Assembly: GCA_964388715.1 (NCBI GenBank)
Contig: CAYMBN010000006.1
Coordinates: 1-64,000 of the forward strand
Direction: 5' to 3'
Length of the DNA stretch: 64,000 bases
DNA from: an uncultured Methanosarcinales archaeon
GTDB taxonomy: Archaea > Nanobdellota > Nanobdellia > Woesearchaeales > CAYMBN01
The notes under the pieces: model-generated
Seen by the model: the letters and a program-made list of their open reading frames with translations, nothing else
Databases searched by the model: none
Told to the model about the DNA's origin: nothing
Program-made: the position numbers and the translations under genes
In this document: positions 59,490 through 64,000 of the stretch, piece after piece
Layout of the letters: the number at the start of each line of letters is the position of its first letter
Position numbering within the stretch: the stretch's first letter is position 1

Positions 59490-59936
59490 TTATACCTCAT
59501 CTAGGACAACCAGTGTTTGTGTTCTATCAACACCATCTATATTACGGAGGGTCCTTGTAATAAAATTATTTAATTCTGATATGTTTGTTGTTCTTAGTTT
59601 AATAATGATATCTGTTTCACCTGTTACCATATCAACTGATTCAACATAAGAATTTTTCTTTATTTTAAATGCAATATCTTTTTGTTCTAGCTTTTTACCT
59701 GATTTTAAGGTATAATCAACTGTTACAAAAATGTATGCACAGATTGTTTTACCAAGTTTTTCATGATCAATATTAATTGTAAAGTTTTTTATGATACCTT
59801 GCTGAGTTAATCGTTTAATTCTGTTGTGTACTGTTGTAATTGGAAGGGAAACTTTTTTAGAAATTTGACTAGTAGTAAGTTTTGCGTTATTTTTTAATAC
59901 GTCTAAAATTCTTAAATCTTTTCCATCTATTTTCAT
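59490..59936 (-). CDS. Lrp/AsnC-family transcriptional regulator
   Basis: D..D..IL..L, TTVHNRIKRL..QGII, VTGETD, RAM domain. Confidence 0.93.
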   Translation of the reverse strand: MKIDGKDLRILDVLKNNAKLTTSQISKKVSLPITTVHNRIKRLTQQGIIKNFTINIDHEKLGKTICAYIFVTVDYTLKSGKKLEQKDIAFKIKKNSYVESVDMVTGETDIIIKLRTTNISELNNFITRTLRNIDGVDRTQTLVVLDEV

Positions 59937-60043
59937 ATAATGGAATAATATTCCATATTTTATAAATTTTTTGGTATTTTTTTGTATATATTTTCATTTT
60001 AAAAAAGATAGTTTTAAATATAATGGGTGAATTCTGAAAACCA

Positions 60044-60145
60044 ATGAAAAAATCAAAAAGAAAATTAAAACCATTGTTCAGGCTAAAGAGAAAAGCTTGC
60101 CTGAAAGCACTTTTTCTAGATCAAAATCTTTTGAATAATAATTGA
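60044..60145 (+). CDS. putative asparagine-sensing leader peptide (33 aa, ends NLLNNN)
   Basis: MKKSKRKLKPLFRLKRKACLKALFLDQNLLNNN-TGA; TTTAAATA at 60013-60020 about 24 nt upstream; precedes asnS. Confidence 0.55.
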   Translation: MKKSKRKLKPLFRLKRKACLKALFLDQNLLNNN

Positions 60146-60242
60146 GATGTCTGTTTTTATCAGATCAATGTATTTTTTCAATAAAGTTTTAGAACCATCA
60201 AGCAGAGCTTGAGGTTTCTAAACGGTTTCGACCCTGTCGAAA
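60141..60242 (+). promoter_or_regulatory. structured leader between the uORF and asnS (hairpin + T6 tract, two further hairpins)
   Basis: ATTGA..TCTG/CAGA-TCAAT then T6 (60173-60178); TTTAGAA..TCAAGC/GCTTGA..TTCTAAA (60188-60222); TTTCGAC/GTCGAAA (60226-60242). Confidence 0.55.
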
Positions 60243-60287
60243 ACTTTATATAATATAAAACTAAATAAAATCATAATTGGTGAAAAA

Positions 60288-61580
60288 ATGAAATTTGTTA
60301 GTATACAAGAAGCAATGGATAAAGGAAAAGGCAAAGTCTCTATAAGAGGTTGGGTTTATAGAGAAAGAAAAAGTAGCAAATATGCCTTTATTATACTTAG
60401 AGATAGCTCTCACACTATTCAATGTGTGTTTGATGCAAAGAAATTTGGAAAAAGGTGGAAAGATATTGATAAAATACTTATTGAGTCTGCTATGGAAATA
60501 AGTGGACAGATAAAAAAGGATGACAGAGCACCAACAGGTTATGAAATTCACGCAGAAGATTTTAGAGTAGAACATTATGCAGAACCATTCCCAATTGTAA
60601 AAGATCAAAGTCCTGAGTTTTTAGCTGATAAAAGACATTTGTGGCTAAGAAGTCAGAAAATGATTGCTATTATGAAAATACGATCAACTATTTTTGGTGC
60701 AATCCATGATTATTTTAGAAAACAAGGTTTTTATGAATTTCAGAGTCCTATTTTTCAGCCAACCCAATCAGAAGGTGGTTCTACTGTTTTTACTGTACCT
60801 TATTTTGGTGATAAAGTTTATCTAGCACAAACATGGCAATTACAAGCTGAAACAGCTATCTTTGCATTAGAAAAGATTTATTGTATTGCTCCTAGTTTTA
60901 GAGCAGAGAAATCAAAAACTTCACGTCATTTAACAGAATATTGGCATGCTGAAATGGAAATGCCTTGGTGTAAGTTTGAGGATTTGCAAGATCATGGTGA
61001 AGCATTGGTTAAACATGTTGTTAAAGACGTTCTTAAGAAACATAAAAAAGATTTGAAAACATTGAAAAGAGATATTAAAAAGTTAGAACCTGTTGTTAAA
61101 AAACCATTTTTAAGAATAACTTATGATAAAGCATTGAAGATTCTTAAAGATAAATGCAAGATGAAGGTTGAATGGGGTAAAGATTTAAGAACAATTGAAG
61201 AAGAAAAATTAACTAAATTGTATGATGTGCCAATAATTGTAACTGATTATCCAAAAGTTGTTAAAGCGTTTTATATGAAAGAAACTCCTGGGAAATCTAA
61301 GTGTGTGCAAGGGTTTGATTTTTTAGCACCAGAAGGATATGGTGAAATAATTGGTGGATCACAAAGAGAAGAAGATATTGAAAAAATTAAGAAAAGGTTA
61401 AAAGAGCAAGGTGAAGATCCTAAAGATTATGAATTCTATCTTGATACTCGTCGATATGGGTCAGTGCCACATGGTGGATTTGGTTTTGGAGTAGAAAGAG
61501 TCATTGCATGGGTGTGTGGTCTTGATACAATTAAAGATGCAATAGCATTTCCAAGGACAATGGTTAGGTATAAGCCTTAA
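60288..61580 (+). CDS. asnS: asparaginyl-tRNA synthetase
   Basis: RHLWLR, YLAQT.QL, SFRAEKSKTSRHLTEYW, GEIIGGSQRE, RRYGSVPHGGFG.GVER. Confidence 0.93.
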   Translation: MKFVSIQEAMDKGKGKVSIRGWVYRERKSSKYAFIILRDSSHTIQCVFDAKKFGKRWKDIDKILIESAMEISGQIKKDDRAPTGYEIHAEDFRVEHYAEPFPIVKDQSPEFLADKRHLWLRSQKMIAIMKIRSTIFGAIHDYFRKQGFYEFQSPIFQPTQSEGGSTVFTVPYFGDKVYLAQTWQLQAETAIFALEKIYCIAPSFRAEKSKTSRHLTEYWHAEMEMPWCKFEDLQDHGEALVKHVVKDVLKKHKKDLKTLKRDIKKLEPVVKKPFLRITYDKALKILKDKCKMKVEWGKDLRTIEEEKLTKLYDVPIIVTDYPKVVKAFYMKETPGKSKCVQGFDFLAPEGYGEIIGGSQREEDIEKIKKRLKEQGEDPKDYEFYLDTRRYGSVPHGGFGFGVERVIAWVCGLDTIKDAIAFPRTMVRYKP

Positions 61581-62788
61581 TTATTACTTACCAACATTTC
61601 ATCTACTTCTGTAAGGAGTCTTTTTTCGAAGTCTGTTACTCTTTCTCCTTCTTTTCTTTCTGTGTTGAGGTGAGTTATTAGTTCTTTTGTTAAAGTGATT
61701 TCTTTTTCGCGTTCTAAGAAAGAAACTTGGCCTAAGTGTTCTTTTATGATTGAATCTTCAAGCTCGTCGATGTTTTTGGTATCAATCTTGATTTCTTCAA
61801 ATTCTTTTGTTTTGAGTGCATTGGTATTTTTCATTAAAAAATAAGCTCCTTTCCCATAAATAATCCTATAAATTTCTTTGAAATCAATGTCAGACACTTT
61901 GCCACTTTCTAAAGTTCCTTTTAATCTTAACGATACAATTGTGTTGATGAATTCTTTATCTTTAACTTTGCCTAGTAGTTCAACTTTAACTTGTTCAGGA
62001 GTTAAATGATTACAATCAAGTTCAATATGTTCATGATTCTTAATTGTAATTGGTTCATATCTAAGCTGACCATTATCATAAATATAAAACCCGCCCCTTT
62101 CTAGTTTTTCAAGTTCAGCAAAATTGTTTGGAAATAATGGGCCAGGGTAAACAATGTTTTTGTAGTTTTCCAAAGATATGTCTTTTACAATATGTACATG
62201 ACCCCCAGCATAATAATCAAAGTTTTTTGGTAGAAATGAAATAGGAGCTGAAGCCATTTTTTCAAGTTCTTTTGGTTTTAATTCTGTTATAGCTGTGTGA
62301 AACATGAAAATCTTAAAACCTTGTTCTGATTCAAGGTTTTCTCTAATAAGATTTTCATAATATTTTCTTTCTAACATTCCCCTTTTCCCTAACAAACCTG
62401 TAATTTTGACATTTGTTTTTGAATCAACTGTGAACTTAAGTTTAAGTTTTTCATCAATAACTTCTCCTTTCACAACATTTACAAAAAGTCCTGCATTTTC
62501 TAAAACATCGACGACGGTTTTGCCACTTGGACTGAAATCGTGGCTGCCAACAATGCCATAAACAGGAATATTTTTATCTTTTAATTTTTTTAATTTGAGA
62601 ACAACTCTTTTTAAGTGATCTATTTGTGGAAGAGACGTGTTGAACAAGTCACCACTTATTAAGATGAAATCTATATTTTCTTCAATACATTTATCAACGG
62701 ATTTTTCAAAAGCTTGTAAACTAATATCTTTTAATCTAGGATCTCTCCACGATCCAATATGACAGTCAGCTATGTGTGCAAATTTCAT
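61577..62788 (-). CDS. mre11: Mre11/SbcD DNA repair nuclease
   Basis: AD.HIG, SGDLF, GSHD, FH, GGHVH, YPG. Confidence 0.9.
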   Translation of the reverse strand: MKFAHIADCHIGSWRDPRLKDISLQAFEKSVDKCIEENIDFILISGDLFNTSLPQIDHLKRVVLKLKKLKDKNIPVYGIVGSHDFSPSGKTVVDVLENAGLFVNVVKGEVIDEKLKLKFTVDSKTNVKITGLLGKRGMLERKYYENLIRENLESEQGFKIFMFHTAITELKPKELEKMASAPISFLPKNFDYYAGGHVHIVKDISLENYKNIVYPGPLFPNNFAELEKLERGGFYIYDNGQLRYEPITIKNHEHIELDCNHLTPEQVKVELLGKVKDKEFINTIVSLRLKGTLESGKVSDIDFKEIYRIIYGKGAYFLMKNTNALKTKEFEEIKIDTKNIDELEDSIIKEHLGQVSFLEREKEITLTKELITHLNTERKEGERVTDFEKRLLTEVDEMLVSNN

Positions 62789-63999
62789 AATTTAACACCA
62801 TTAAAATCTGTTTGGAATTTATTTTCTTTTGTTTTTTCCTTTTTTTCTATTAATTCATCAAAGAAAGGTATCTTGATAGGGATTGCAAATCGTGCAAAGT
62901 TGCTTGTTATGATTGCTTCACCTTTATCAAGAGACGCAATGTTTCTATTGTCTGAGCTTAGATCTTGTGCAGCTGACTCTATTATTGCTTGACGTTCTGG
63001 TGCCATTTCTGTTCCAAGGATTATCTTTGTGTTCATGTTTGCTAATATTGGGCGAGGGATTAAACTTGGTAATTGAGTTATTGCTGTTAAACCAACTTTG
63101 AATTTACGCCCTTCACGAGCAATTGTTGAAAAGATATTTGAACCACGTTCAAGTGCATCTTTGCCTAGCACACGTGGTGCTTCCTCAAGTACAATTGAAA
63201 TAACTGGTTTGTTATCAAGTATACCGTCAATTTTATAATGTTTATATCTGTAAAATATTTCATTTGCAATCAAACTTCCGACGAGGATTTCAACTGCGCC
63301 ACCAAAACTGGAAGTGTCAATAATAACAACTTTTCCTTGTTCAAGTTCATTACAAATATCACTTATTGTTGTTTCACCTGCTGCTAAATCAAATATTCCT
63401 TTACAAAATACTTGTGATCCATTAAATTCAAGATTAAGTAATGAGAGCATTCTTCTTTTTAAAACTGCAAGTGTTCCTTCAAAGAATTCAACATTTAGCG
63501 GTTTTTCTAAAATAATAGCTTCAATCCATTTAATACCATATTCACGGTAATATGCATTCATTGCTTGTTGTTGTGGATCTGACCAATTGACAACACCTTC
63601 AAAATGTTGCGGTTTAATGTTTTTTATGTTAATTTTAAGTGTTTTTGTACCAACAGGTGCATTTTTCGGAGTGTAATAAATTACATTTTCTTTTTTTTCA
63701 TGATCTTTTAAACCAACTTTATTACGACCGTAATATTCATCATGGGGATCAAGAACTAAAACACCACAATAATTTTGGTTGATTATGTTCCATAACATCA
63801 CTTTTAATAATACACTTTTTCCTTTACCAGTTGTGCCTGGAATAAGAATATGGTGTGAAAATACTTTTTCTCCATCGAGGTTTATGTCAACATCCATTAT
63901 TTTACTTCCTGAACGTAACTTGCCAATAAAAATAGGATTATTAGGTTTGATTAAAAATTTAAGATCATTTTCAGTTATAGCTCTTACTTCTGAAAAGAA
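62785..63999 (-). CDS. herA: HerA-family helicase/translocase (5' end beyond the window)
   Basis: [31 protein letters not shown]...ITQ.P; frame open to the window edge; overlaps mre11. Confidence 0.9.
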   Translation of the reverse strand, partial: FFSEVRAITENDLKFLIKPNNPIFIGKLRSGSKIMDVDINLDGEKVFSHHILIPGTTGKGKSVLLKVMLWNIINQNYCGVLVLDPHDEYYGRNKVGLKDHEKKENVIYYTPKNAPVGTKTLKINIKNIKPQHFEGVVNWSDPQQQAMNAYYREYGIKWIEAIILEKPLNVEFFEGTLAVLKRRMLSLLNLEFNGSQVFCKGIFDLAAGETTISDICNELEQGKVVIIDTSSFGGAVEILVGSLIANEIFYRYKHYKIDGILDNKPVISIVLEEAPRVLGKDALERGSNIFSTIAREGRKFKVGLTAITQLPSLIPRPILANMNTKIILGTEMAPERQAIIESAAQDLSSDNRNIASLDKGEAIITSNFARFAIPIKIPFFDELIEKKEKTKENKFQTDFNGVKL

Positions 64000-64000
64000 T

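Noticed and set aside
60023..60037. Micro-ORF MGEF
   Set aside because: Starts 3 nt after the TATA box, upstream of the expected TSS

Overview
AT-rich, gene-dense archaeal chromosome segment. TATA/BRE promoters, GGTGA ribosome-binding sites, Nop5/fibrillarin, GatD, Cdc48, RFC-L, HerA/Mre11 and BHB-type tRNA introns, together with bacterial-type AspRS/TGT and expanded PEP-mobile-domain proteins, suggest a DPANN archaeon, most plausibly Woesearchaeales-like (inference). Most genes are housekeeping: five aminoacyl-tRNA synthetases, pyrG/pyrH/dcd, secDF, porGDAB, and a type IV pilus/Tad-like ATPase with its platform protein. No CRISPR array, integrase or transposase was seen. Main observations not explained by routine annotation: (1) two unannotated, apparently leaderless uORFs that each end in three consecutive cognate codons plus TGA. 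MKQTIDCCC* lies before tRNA-Cys-cysK-cysS and ...NLLNNN* lies before asnS; both are followed by pairing segments and T tracts, suggesting amino-acid-sensing leader peptides in an archaeon. (2) A subtilase whose catalytic triad is split between two translationally coupled genes, with the Ser-bearing half carrying its own lipobox signal peptide. (3) A split dikinase-like system: one stand-alone PEP-synthase ATP-grasp protein and four helical-domain + phospho-His modules, two of them inserted inside the nop5-fibrillarin operon. (4) tRNA-Cys and tRNA-Phe genes with non-canonical D-arm/T-arm BHB introns. All calls come from reading the sequence by eye; no searches were run.
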